Assembly (NCBI GenBank): GCA_002633005.1
Contig: NMRA01000508.1
Span: 41,250-105,249, forward strand
DNA length: 64,000 bases
Direction of reading: 5' to 3'
Source: Phoronis australis
Lineage: Eukaryota > Animalia > Phoronida
Position numbers and translations under genes: made by a program. This document shows positions 49,243 through 61,524 of this stretch, piece after piece. Each line of letters opens with the position of its first letter. The first letter of the stretch is position 1. A model generated the notes under the pieces. It was not told the DNA's origin. It saw only the letters and a program-made list of their open reading frames with translations, and made no database searches.

Positions 49243-50449
49243 CAAAATTTTTACATTTTTTGGGAAATTCTTTGTCATGCTTGTAACCACTGTCAGTCAT
49301 GTATGTCAGCTGTCAATTACTATCAGTCATGTTCTGTAGTGTACATGTATATTAAGAGTCAGCTGGGTGGTACCAGTGTTTTGTAATCAGGATTTTGCCC
49401 TAATGGCTGATCATTGCTGTCAGAAGGTGCGATGAGTATTGTTCCCATTAGTACTGGTGTCTTTGAATGGTGTCTTCATCTCCTTGAATTTGTGTAGTCT
49501 ATGCAGTTGTTCTTAGTGTTACAGAACAGCTGTCTTTGGTATGTGAGAATGAATCATTAAGCCTTTCCAGTTTGGTTGTACACAAGAAGACACAGCACTG
49601 GATGCTTTGTGGAACTTCAGTATTTCTCAGAATTGATTAGAGTAAACATTCTTCAATTTGGTACAATGATAATTGATAAAGTTTCCATATTTTGTCTTTT
49701 CATAGGCTTACCTTATTGTTGCAAATTGTCACAATTTTGCAAATGTTTGGTAGTTGCGACATCATACAAACCATGCTAAAGCAAAGAAAATTGTCCTGAA
49801 ATTAGACAAAATGAAATTTCACCTTGCACCCATATTGAATCCCAAGCTGGAGAATTTTTAGAGTAATAGTTGTTTTATTCATGTTATTTGCTTGTTATCA
49901 TCCATACGTTTCTCTCTCTATGGAACGAAATACATGTAGTCATTAAATGCCAGTGACATGTGCAATGAAAAATATATTGTGTCCGCAAACCTCGGTTTTC
50001 CTTTATTGTTTATTTCAAAATAGAAGTATAATGGTTTTCCTAACGTTGACCACCTGGCGAAATTTGGAGGGAGATAGCTGTAATTTAGATCAGTTGATTT
50101 GGTTGTCTAAAAGGTCCACTAACTATTAAGACCTACGGATAACTGCCGTGGTTTAACACTCACACCTGGAAAAGCCTATTGAGATCAGTGATAACGGTAT
50201 GTCTATGTACGTGTCCAATGTGCACTCCTTGAAGACCCTCGCTCAACAATCAAAATACCGTTATGTGCAGAGTGCTTTGCGCCTAGTCAAAATACCTATA
50301 GTTTGATTTCTGTCAGTGTGTGGGTTCGTCAGTGAGATTATTTTTTACCCAGGGGCTCTAGCATGAGGCTGGTCGAGATGAGCCGCCCTCTGTCATCAAA
50401 CACTATTTGGGATACGTTTTACTTTAGGCCGCGCATGACTGGGCGACTT

Positions 50450-50935
50450 CGTAGGATTTTCCTGTAGGAATCCTATAGGATTTCCTAATTGATCCTATAG
50501 GATTTCCTATTGGATCCTATAGGAAATCCAATAGGGAGCTCCTAAATTAAGCATCCAATAGGAAATCCTATAGAAATCCTTTAGGATATCCTATAACAAA
50601 CCCTATAGGAATTCGTATAAGACTTTAATATATCCAGTAGGCAGTTCAATAGGATTCTATAGGAAGTCCAATAGGATGCAATTAACAAACATGTATTAAG
50701 ACTAGCCTGAATATTAAAATTTACAAAAATTAATGACTCAGAAGAGCTGAAATTAGACAAAAATAATCCGATACTTTACTATATACTCTTAGGCTATTTG
50801 TTTGTTAAAATGTTTAGAAATAAGATTCGTGAAAAAAATCCTACGGGATTTTTTCTATAGAAATTCCTATAGGAACTCTTGATCCTATAGGAATTCCTAT
50901 AGGATCCTATTGAATCGATATTTTCGTATGGGTGG
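50450..50935. mobile_element. Transposon end with palindromic CCTATAGG subterminal repeats (CMC-like)
   Basis: Numerous (AT)CCTATAGG(AT) units ending at ...TTTTCGTATGGG(TG). Confidence 0.55.
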
Positions 50936-52339
50936 GCGTCTCGACGGGAGAAAAACCAAACTAAGTGGAGACCGGGTAGAGGAATTTATGATCATTCGTT
51001 ATTGTCTTTGTCTTCGTCAGGCCATAGTCTATGGTCAGGCCCGTAGCGGGGGTTCGATCGAATCTCCCTATCCCGGCCGCGAAAAGCCTTACCCTATCCG
51101 ATAGGATATAGATGGGCAACAACAAAATTGTTGCACCTTAGCTATAATACTACTAACCATAATCGTAACAGTGGCGGATCTACGTTTTCAGAAAGGGGGG
51201 TTTAGGATTCCCGCAAAGGTCGAATCCCAGCCGCGTGGCGCCGAGCGGGAAACGCCCCCTCCCGTGTAAGACATTTTTTTGTTTTTGTAACCAAATAGTG
51301 AAATTTCTATGCATCCTGGTAAGTTTCTGCCATTTAACATATCTTTGGAGTTTTTCTTAAGATAATTTAAAACCCTTCTCGATTTCGTCACATGAACTTG
51401 GCTCATAAGTTTCGTGAAACAATATTGTACAAATCTGGGTATGAGTCACGCCACCAGCAAAAAATTTTGTTGTAACATCTGCTTACACACACCTTTTCCA
51501 GCATACGAAAAGTCGTATACGAAAAAGTGTGGTGTGTATACAAGGGTTTAGACAACATTCAAGTGCATAAGGAGCGCCGACGGGGCGTAAAAACTTGAAT
51601 ATCAGATGATCGCGTAACAGCAGCCTCAAGTTGTTTTAAGAACGAATACCTGTACTGTTTGTCCGGAAATAAACACGTGTTCTGTCTCGTTACGAGAAAA
51701 ACTGGCGAACGATGGTGCTCTCAGCTCTAAGTCTATTATTAAAAGCGACAATAAATAATTAAGTATCACTTTATTAAGCTGAATCACATTGGCAACAATT
51801 GAAAAACGTCAAATGTGTCATGAAACAAATCATCTGAAAACAGTTTCACGAAACCAAATCATCCTGTGCACAGTGGTGAAAAGATATACTGGACCAGTTT
51901 GCACCGGTACCAGTTGTACTGTACAGTACACTGAGAGTACACAAAAAGGCTGACCTGGTCCGACGTCACGAGACCAAGTGTACTACACCTGTGCTTATTA
52001 TCCCTATAAAATAGTTGATCTGTCGCGGGAACAAACAGCACTGGCTGAGATAAATAGTTTTACAAAGCACACTTTGGTAAAAAAATCAAAAGACTATAGT
52101 TTGCCAGGTACCAGAAGTACACGGAAACTCAATTTCTACACAAATCAAGCCGGCCTGGTCCGTCGCGAGACCTAAAGTGTACTATGCAAAAAAATTTGAA
52201 TTGAAAACTTCTCTCTAGACACTTTTTAATCCCCAGTGGTTACTCATACGTTAGTCCTATCCTTCTCGTTGTCTAGACTGCCGAGGAATTTGTAAATCGG
52301 ATCCAATGGTTTGCTCGTCTTGGAACCCGATTCTCCCCA

Positions 52340-52514
52340 TCCCTTACAAAAATGAACTTAAGTTTTCATCGAAAAACTTAAGTTTTTGGTCTGAAAAACT
52401 TAAGTTTTCTTATTCACGAAAACTTAAGTTTTTGGCGAAAACTTAAGTATTTTGGAACAAGTTTTTTGGAACGAACTTAAGTTTTCATAACTTAAGTTTT
52501 CATAAACTTAAGTT
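52340..52514. repeat. AACTTAAGTT palindromic repeat cluster (truncated transposon end)
   Basis: Begins CCCTTACAAAAATG, followed by about 8 AACTTAAGT(T) units. Confidence 0.7.
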
Positions 52515-53564
52515 CGTTAACTTGCAGTATTTAAATCACACAAAGTGCTCCACCACTAAACTGGGCCGACTCGACTTGTTTTCAATTTTTGCGGCGCATT
52601 CCGAACCCTGTCTTGTTTTCTCCATCGACATTAGAGGACTCTACCATAGGTATAGTTGCCCCTTTCTCCAAAAGGGTCGCTCTCGTCGCTGAGAACAGTT
52701 TTTGGGTATAATCTATGGTGGCTTCAGAGCAGACGTGAGGTGATTGACTTTTCAGGTGAATTCCTTGTTAAATTTTGACCAGTTAAAAGTGCGTCGCCTT
52801 CATAAGGCTTTTACGCTCATTCTGATTGAGACAGGCTTTATTCAGTGGGAGTTATTGGTTCTCAAATCAGGGACCCTTTGGGGAGCACATAATAGCAGAT
52901 GGATATGATACACGATACACGGCACTCAGCCTCAGGGCATAGCGGTTCCTGATTTTGAGAACCAGTTTCATCCACTGAATAACGGGCCTGTTATTCAATG
53001 GTTGCCTGGTTCTCAAAATCAGGGACAGCTATATCCGTCCAGTGCCAAGTTACAGTGCTGGACGAGGCGCTTTTGGACACTAATGTAGGCTATTTTGTAA
53101 TTTTTAAGGCGCCAGTTGAGCAGTGGAGCGTCAAAGACGCAGCTGGCACAGCCACAAAAATAACCCTGTAATTTACAAATTATAATGCTGAGGCATAGTC
53201 CAAAAGCAGTGTATGGGTGTTATAATTTCAACTTGTAAATTCTGCGTGCAATGGCCACTTCAACAGTTCCTGCTTTTCCCTAATTTATCTTAAATTTTTC
53301 CTTCCTTTTTTCCAAAATACTGTCCCTACTTTTTCTTACCTTTTTTGAAAAGCTGTTGGGAGGTCTGCTTCGAATACATTAACTCTAAACTCGGTAAGGA
53401 AATAGACAAGACCAATGTTATAATGCCAAATGGAAAAGCTTTTTCATACAGAAAATCACGGGTTTAATGCTGCTTTAATACTTTTTTGTTGAGTGTGTGC
53501 ATGGTAATCGCATGCGCATGGTAATTGCGTGCGCATGGTAATCGCGTGCGCATGGTAATCGCGT

Positions 53565-54023
53565 NNNNNNNNNNNNNNNNNNNNNNNNNNNNNNNNNNNN
53601 NNNNNNNNNNNNNNNNNNNNNNNNNNNNNNNNNNNNNNNNNNNNNNNNNNNNNNNNNNNNNNNNNNNNNNNNNNNNNNNNNNNNNNNNNNNNNNNNNNNN
53701 NNNNNNNNNNNNNNNNNNNNNNNNNNNNNNNNNNNNNNNNNNNNNNNNNNNNNNNNNNNNNNNNNNNNNNNNNNNNNNNNNNNNNNNNNNNNNNNNNNNN
53801 NNNNNNNNNNNNNNNNNNNNNNNNNNNNNNNNNNNNNNNNNNNNNNNNNNNNNNNNNNNNNNNNNNNNNNNNNNNNNNNNNNNNNNNNNNNNNNNNNNNN
53901 NNNNNNNNNNNNNNNNNNNNNNNNNNNNNNNNNNNNNNNNNNNNNNNNNNNNNNNNNNNNNNNNNNNNNNNNNNNNNNNNNNNNNNNNNNNNNNNNNNNN
54001 NNNNNNNNNNNNNNNNNNNNNNN
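53565..54023. other. Assembly gap (N run)
   Basis: Run of n characters. Confidence 0.99.
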
Positions 54024-54342
54024 GTACACTGAGAGTACACAAAAAGGCTGACCTGGTCCGACGTCACGAGACCAAGTGTACTACACCTGTGCTTATTATC
54101 CCTATAAAATAATTGATCTGTCGCGGGAACAAACAGCACTGGCTGAGATAAATAGTTTTACAAAGCACACTTTGGTAAAAAAAAATCAAAAGACTAGTTT
54201 GCCGAGGGACCAGAAGTACACGGAAACTCAATTTCAACACAAATCAAGCCGGCCTGGTCCGTCGTGAGACCTAAAGTGTACTATGCAAAAAAATTTGAAT
54301 TGAAAACTTCTCTCTAGACACTTTTTAATCCTCAGTGGTTAC

Positions 54343-55020
54343 TCATACGTTAGTCCTATCCTTTTCGTTGTCTAGACTGCCGAGGAATCTGACCTGATCC
54401 AATGGTTTGCTCGTCTTGGAACCCGATTCTCCCCAGATATCTTCGATGTTTGTTCCCAACGCTTGCACTTCACTCAACTGCTGTGTCAATGAGCTTGTAA
54501 GCCTATACAATGTCAGCATCTCGTTTCGCAGCTCAGTTGGCACTAAGACCCTTGAGGTTGCCAAGTCCAGTTCCTTGATCAAAAGACTTACTGTACATGC
54601 GCGACTAAATTTAATCCGTTCATCATGGACTACTTCAAACCTTAACGATGTATCCCAGGACCTATTTGCATCTCTTGCAATTTTCGAAATAAATGTCCCA
54701 ATGTCTGAACGCTTGAAACTCGAAGTACATGTACTAACATCAAATAAATGCCCATGTGCATGACCGTTTGAACATCGGGTGGGCTTTTCTGCGGAAATTC
54801 CCAGTATAGAAGACGGTAGTGTGCTTATTGCATGTAGAAAGACGGTAGGTGTTGAGGTCGGAACAGGGCTCCTTAGGAGGTCTATTGAACATCGCAGGAG
54901 TCTCGCAAGACTTTGTTGTGAAAGAACAGCCTCCCCGCAATTTCTGGTACTGTACACTGTTCGCGAATGCAGTCACTTCGTCAATGTGAGTGCCCCCTTG
55001 GTCATTCCTTGTACAGACAT
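54343..55020 (-). pseudogene. Possible decayed B-box/coiled-coil (TRIM-like) pseudogene
   Basis: A 204-aa ORF with a helical C-terminal half. Allowing frameshifts at the 5' end gives VC...TAF(C)EQC...(C)G, a B-box1-like pattern. Weak evidence. Confidence 0.3.
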
Positions 55021-57394
55021 AACTTGTTAGAGTGTTTTTTCAAACCGTCTCGCGCCAGACTACGGCGCCCGCCACAATAGCAATTCTTCGGAAAAAACGG
55101 AAAAAAAGTTTTTTTTTTTCAAAAATATTACATGTACATGTGTATGATATTGCGCAAGACAACTTTACTATACATCAGTCAAATTCGAGTTACAAACGTT
55201 TGGAGTGTAATAGAATGGCACCGAATGACAGAGTGAGGTAAAATCGTTGCACGTCAATTCGCCTAAATATCAGGGTTGCGGCACTGAATTTCGAACCACT
55301 TCCCGCGCTATGCTGATTAGGCCACGGGCCTGTTCTTGTTGTTTGGCTTGGCGCCCACCCTCTGCCTGTTTTGAATTTGCTGGATCTTCTTTATGGTGGG
55401 GCGATTGTCACGAGTGCGTTTATACGAGTGACAGGCAGTTTGTGATGTTTGGAATAACACAACACCTTGGCTCGGAACAATTAACAATTTTCTGAATCAC
55501 CACGAACAACCAACGGTGATTCCGCGGCTTAGTCGATCCATGCCTTCCTGGTCATATCTAGGACAGTTCATTCGACTAAATATGCTGTTTAGTACGTATT
55601 CAATGTTTGCGATTTATTATCAATTAAGAGATCCCAGTTCCCTTTTTCAGCAGTTTTATACTGCAGAGAAAGGAGCTTTGACTGAGAAGTATGATATTTT
55701 TTTAGTTCGTTGTTTTGGTTGAGATATTATTAGGTCTTTTTTCTGGTTAGTAAAATTTCAAGAACAGTTGGTACACCAACGAGCAAATTTGTTTGTCGGA
55801 GTGCTTAATTGTTTCACTGAGAAATTATAGTTCATGGTGTGATCAGGAGCACTGTGATATCAACCGGACGGGTGTGTACATGTATAATGCCGGCTTCCTA
55901 ATTGCATGGTTACTGTTACAGCATATAGTTTTCGAATATCATACACGACCTGGAACTGTTCCCGGTAGTTCTGTATACAAAATCGTGATTCATGACGTTA
56001 CCCCGGGCGGTAAAACCAGGCACGTGCACGACGTTCGCCCTAACCTTCCAAACCCCAGTGGGGCCGGGATTATTGAGGCCGGGTGTGGATTAAAATTCCA
56101 ATAACTGAAAGTCCAGTGAAAAGCTGGTCGAGGCTGGCAGGCCAATTAGAGACTGGATGCCTTGTTATCAGTCCGACCATTACCAATGGCAATCTGTTTC
56201 TTTGGGCACCGCACGTCTGTGCTGGTTCGACGAAGATGACGAGTACGTCAGTGACTCCGGGGCGCCACTGCACTCATGAACAATTAAGTTACACTAAGTT
56301 CCGAATGCACTGAGGTTATAGCGGCGACAGCTAGCTAGTGAGTCTTCCAGTAACAGAAAAAATGAATTTCATTCTGTCCACGATTGAGTAGGCCTACTCA
56401 TCAGTGACAGAAACGTTAACTTGCAGTATTTAAATCACACAAAGTGCTCCACCACTAAATTGGGCCGACTCGACTTGTTTTCAATTTTTGCGGCGCATTC
56501 CGAACCCTGTCTTGTTTTCTCCATCGACATTAGAGGACTCTACCATAGGTATAGTTGCCCCTTTCTCCAAAAGGGTCGCTCTCGTCGCTGAGAACAGTTT
56601 TGGGAATCTATGGTGGCTTCAGAGCAGACGTGAGGTGATTGACTTTTGAGGTGAATTCCTTGTTAAATTTTTACCAGTTAAAAGTGCGTCGCCTTCATAA
56701 GGCTTTTACGCTCATTCAGATTGAGACAGGCTTTATTCAGTGGGAGTTATTAGTTCTCAAATCAGGGACCCTTTGGGGATCACATAATAGCAGATGGATT
56801 ATGATACACGATACACGGCACTCAGCCTCAGGGCATAGCGGTTCCTGATTTTGAGAACCAGTTTCATCCACTGAATAACGGGCCTGTTATTCAGTGGTTG
56901 CCTGGTTCTCAAAATCAGGGACAGCTATATCCGTCCAGTGCCAAGTTACAGTGCTGGACGAGGCGCCATTGGGCACTAATGTAGGCTATTTTGTAATTTT
57001 TAAGGCGCCAGTTGAGCAGTGGAGCGTCAAAGACGCAGCTGGCACAGCCACAAAAATAACCCTGTAATTTACAAATTATAATGCTGAGGCATAGTCCAAA
57101 AGCAGTGTATGGGTGTTATAATTTCAACTTGTAAATTCTGCGTGCAATGGCCACTTCAACAGTTCCTGCTTTTCCCTAATTTATCTTAAATTTTTCCTTC
57201 CTTTTTTCCAAAATACTGTCCCTACTTTTTCTTACCTTTTTTGAAAAGCTGTTGGGAGGTCTGCTTCGAATACATTAACTCTAAACTCGGTAAGGAAATA
57301 GACAAGACCAATGTTATAATGCCAAATGGAAAAGCTTTTTCATACAGAAAATCACGGGTTTAATGCTGCTTTAATACTTTTTTGTTGAGTGTGT

Positions 57395-57510
57395 GCATGG
57401 TAATCGCATGCGCATGGTAATTGCGTGCGCATGGTAATCGCGTGCGCATGGTAATCGCGTGCGCATGGTAATCGCGTGCTCATGGTAATCGCATGCGCAT
57501 GGTAATCGTG
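57395..57510. repeat. 17-bp minisatellite GCATGGTAATCGCGTGC (also 53499-53564)
   Basis: About 7 tandem copies. Confidence 0.9.
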
Positions 57511-57649
57511 TAGGCAATTCCATAAAATGTCAACCTTCAGACAAAAACGGGAAATTGGAATTGTGACTTATTCAGCTATATTGCTCTTTTGCAAGCGATT
57601 CAAAGTTAATTCAGTGTGTAGTTTCTTTATCAAAACATACATGTCAAAT

Positions 57650-57891
57650 CATACGCTCACCCCGTCTAAAATATAGGGGTGCTCGAATTTTTCAGTATGT
57701 GGACCTTTTACTGACATAAAACGGGGACTCAGTAAAAAACGAGTTTTATGTTCAGACCTATGAATTAACATGCATTCGCGCTGAATTCCTGTGGACTTAT
57801 TGTTTCCCTGAGGCGGACCTTTTTGCCCTCTTCGCCAAATGGGGGGCTATTCGAGCCCCCCGAGCCCCTCCCTCTCCCCTGGGTGCGCATG
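57650..57891. mobile_element. MITE with CAT..ATG TIRs and 5-bp TSD (hAT5-like)
   Basis: CATACGCTCACCC / GGGTGCGCATG, with TSD CAAAT at 57645-57649 and 57892-57896. Confidence 0.75.
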
Positions 57892-58288
57892 CAAATTTTG
57901 TCAACACCTCAAGTCTCCATGTAGGTGTACCATCTTCTTAAACGGCATTGCATTTAGTGTTCGTAACATAATCCAAAATCTGATTGGCTATCCTTTTAAC
58001 CATTACTGATGTCCTGTAGAAATGTAGTTCGTGGGTTTCTTCATTACCGTGAACAGTTGGATCTCTAAGTACAATGTTGTAGGATCAAATGTTGTCAGGA
58101 AATTTGAAACAAGAAATGGGAATGAGACCTGGAAGAAAATTACCAGTTAACTCGAATAGTTTCCGATTTACTCCACAGGTTCAGGACAAGTCTGATGTTG
58201 ACAACTATCCATCAGTGTCTCTGGGATGTGGTTAGTGTGAAAATCGGGTTTTAGGATTTTGTACATTCTGGCACGAGGTTTACGGAAA

Positions 58289-60040
58289 ATGGATGATGCA
58301 GGCAGATTCTGTTTCAAAATTCGCGAGAAAATATCAAATCCTGTTCCAACCGTAGACGACGGCAGTGCCACTGCTGTGCAGAATGCACTTTGCAACGAGA
58401 TGACTGATGTCAACGAAGTACTGGAATGCTGGTTGTGTAGAGAACTGTTCTCCATTGAAACGGATTTGACTGAGCACATGAAGACCCACAGGGGAGCTAA
58501 CAACACACCCAGGGGAGATAACTCGAACGGCATTTTGGAATTCCCTGTGCATGATCAAATGTTCTCTGTGAAGTCAGACACGACTGGACAGACACAAAAA
58601 GAAGCTAATGAAGTTTTGAGATGCAACGAATGTCACAAGAAATTTTTGACTAGGCGTGAACTAAATGATCACAAGGTGCGACACATTGGCAGCAAACGTT
58701 ACGCCTGTGAGTTCTGTGACAAATCTTTTCACGTCCGCCAGCGGCTTACCAGGCACCTGCGCTCTCACACTGGTGAGAAGCCGTACAAGTGCCAGGTCTG
58801 CGGAAAAAGCTTCAGCCTCTGTTCGTCATTGCGTAACCATAAGAAAACGCACTGGATCGAGAAACACCAGTGCCCAAAGTGTAACAAAGTGTTCAAGAGG
58901 AGCGATGGAGTTAGGCGACATATGGTTACTCATTCGGATATTTTACCGTTTAAATGTACCAAGTGCGGGACAGGTTTCTGTAATCGGTACTCTCTGGTGA
59001 GACACCTACAAAAGGGTAGGTGCAGTCAGATTTCTTGTGAAGGAAAAACTGAAAGCAATGTCAATGTGAAAACTCACGGGGAGGTTTCAATTCCTTATCA
59101 ATGCCTAGATGATGATAGCGGGGTTTTCGCACGGAGCACATTGCCCAGTGAGGTTGGTAAAACAGATGGAATCCTGGAATGCTGGGTTTGTAGAAAACTA
59201 TTTTCCATTGAAACTGATTTGACTGAGCACGTGCAGACCCACAGGGGAGATGATAATTATCAAGAAGATGGGAACTCAGGAGAAATGCTGGACTTCCCTG
59301 TTAGCAAGCAACTGCTGGCTACTGAGAGCGAACGGACTGATGATGTGAATACCCTCAGGGGTGCGAGTGAAGTATTGAGTTGCAGCATATATCAGAAGAG
59401 TTTTCTGACGAGGCGTGAACTGTCTGAACATATTGTACTGCACACGGAAGAACGGCCTCACTCTTGCGAGATCTGTGGCGCCACCTTTCGTGTCAACTAT
59501 TTGCTCAATCGTCACCGGCGCTCGCACACAGGTGAGAGGCCCTATAAGTGCAAACTTTGCGGAAAATGTTTTTCCCTCAGTTCTACATTGCGTAACCACA
59601 TGAAGACACACTCGAGCGAGAGGCACAAGTGCTCAAAATGTAACAGAGTGTTCAAAACAAGCGATGCACTGAGACGACACGGCGTTATTCACTCGGACAT
59701 TTTACCATTTAAGTGTGTCAAGTGTGGGACAAGTTTCTGTCGTCGGAACTCTCTAGTGCAACATCTGAAAAAGCGTAGGTGCACGCAGGTCTCGATTGAA
59801 GTGAACACAGGTAGTCCCGTGACAAGTTGTGGGGAAAGCATACCTGATGAGTTTAGAGGACCGTGTAAGGAAATCTTTGTTTGCGATTTGTGTAACGGAG
59901 AGTTTAAAACAATGGCGACTGCACAGATGCACATGAAGACTCATGTTATGTTTGCTTGTGGTGTCTGCATGGAATCATTCATCACAAAGTCAGCTTTAGA
60001 TAACCACATAGTGTCTCATATCACCAAGAGGGTGCGCATG
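58289..60040 (+). CDS. Multi-C2H2 zinc-finger protein, first coding exon (about 14 fingers; duplicated 6-finger module)
   Basis: ATG at 58289. Fingers have TGEKPY/TGERPY linkers. Strong phase-0 donor ATG|GTAAGA at 60040/60041; unspliced, the ORF would end at 60109. Upstream acceptor CTCCACAG| at 58178. Confidence 0.85.
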
Positions 60041-60141
60041 GTAAGAATTCCTTACTCAATTAAGGTTGTGGTCGGCCCTACTGACAAGTTTGTCCATTCT
60101 GGAGAATAGGTTCGTCATTGATCTCTAGAGGCATTGTACAA

Positions 60142-60455
60142 TGTACATAAAATGTTCACTTACTTAGAGACGTGGTTGGTTGTTGGCAGACGTTTCGACC
60201 TGGTCTGCCAGGTCTTTGTCAATGAATGAGGGATTTCCCGCCTTACGCTCGTTAAAAATGCTGGAGTACAGGGGAATGCTGGAGTACATGGGGGGTAGGT
60301 GGAGTCCTCTGTCTCCACCTACCCCCGTGTACTCCAGCATTCTTAACGAGTGTAAGGCGGGAAATCTTCATTCATCGACAAAGACCTGGCGGATCAGGTC
60401 GAAACGTCTGCCAACAACCAACCTCGTCTCTAAGTATGTGAACATTTTATATACA
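60142..60455. mobile_element. 314-bp palindromic element, probably Penelope-like (inverted pLTR) derived, with hammerhead-like cores
   Basis: Arms of about 135 bp are near-perfectly complementary. Each has T(T/C)GACAAA-GACCTG-N6-CAGGTC-GAAACGTC. Confidence 0.65.
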
Positions 60456-61524
60456 AGTCTGTACATATAACAACAACAAAACTGTGGAATTTAACTATGA
60501 GTAAAATTATTTTCTGAAAGCAAGAATATCCGTAGAAGTTGAGCGTTAGCTGTGTGCCAATTTGCCGTTAGTTGGCTCACGTGACCTTGCTGTTTAGTAA
60601 ACTTTAAGAAATTTTACAAATAAGGAAGGGTGCATTCACAGCGAAACCACAGGTTTCAGATCAATTATGACCATTTTTATCACCCTTTGTGATTGGATTT
60701 TTGTTGTGGAATATTATACTCTTGTATGTCCAGTTATCTATCACCCAATCAAAAATTGTTTCTTAAGTTTTAGAAATGCGGTCTTGCAAACAGATCACTT
60801 TAAGCCAATTTGAGAATCACAGATGTCATTGTTCAAAAGGTGTCTGAGGGTATTCACCTTGCAGTAATGTCTTCTTCTCCAATACAGTGTGAATGTGATT
60901 ATGTTTTGAATATAGTCCTAAAAAGTGGGAATAAGGTCACCCCAATTCATGAAACTGGAGATTGTCAATCTAAATCTGAAAATGGGCTGCTTTTGATAAA
61001 TAGTTATCTTAAGCTTGAGGCTAGAATTTTGTCACCGATAGTTACAATTGACCTTTCGCCAGGATTTTGTGTGACCACTTAACTGACCAATCAGAACGCA
61101 GCATTCTTGACACACCTTTTTTTCCGAAGCCACCATTTTACCCGTTGCCGGGTAAACCTTATCGTTTGTTTGTCGACATTTCGCAAAGGGGCGGAGTTAC
61201 AATTTCTAGACTCTGTGAGTAGCAGAAAAAGGGTGACTGTCATCTCATTAATTATTCAGATAATTGATAGAATGTGCATTCGTGCCAGATTATTACAACT
61301 GAAGTGGTATTTTACACACCAGGTGGCAGCATGTCTACCACATCCTCTTCAAAAAATATTTTTTAGTTTTCAAATTTAAAGTACTTTGTTTGAAAAATGG
61401 CAAATGGAAAATGGTTGTTGTTTTTGTTAAAATTCGAGGAAACTTCACCCTACTCTTCTCGGAGGAGAATGGAAACAATATTTTCAGAACAGTTTAATCA
61501 GCATGTATGTCTTTTGTGTCCCAG

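Larger units (their letters stand above)
51926..57460. repeat. Duplicated segment either side of a gap (51926-53564 vs 54024-57460), probably two haplotypes
   Basis: 51926-52339 matches 54024-54435, and 52515-53564 matches 56414-57460, with scattered substitutions. The N gap is 53565-54023. Confidence 0.85.

Noticed and set aside
53456-54139. ORFs of 184-227 aa spanning the second gap
   Set aside because: Mostly X residues from the N run.
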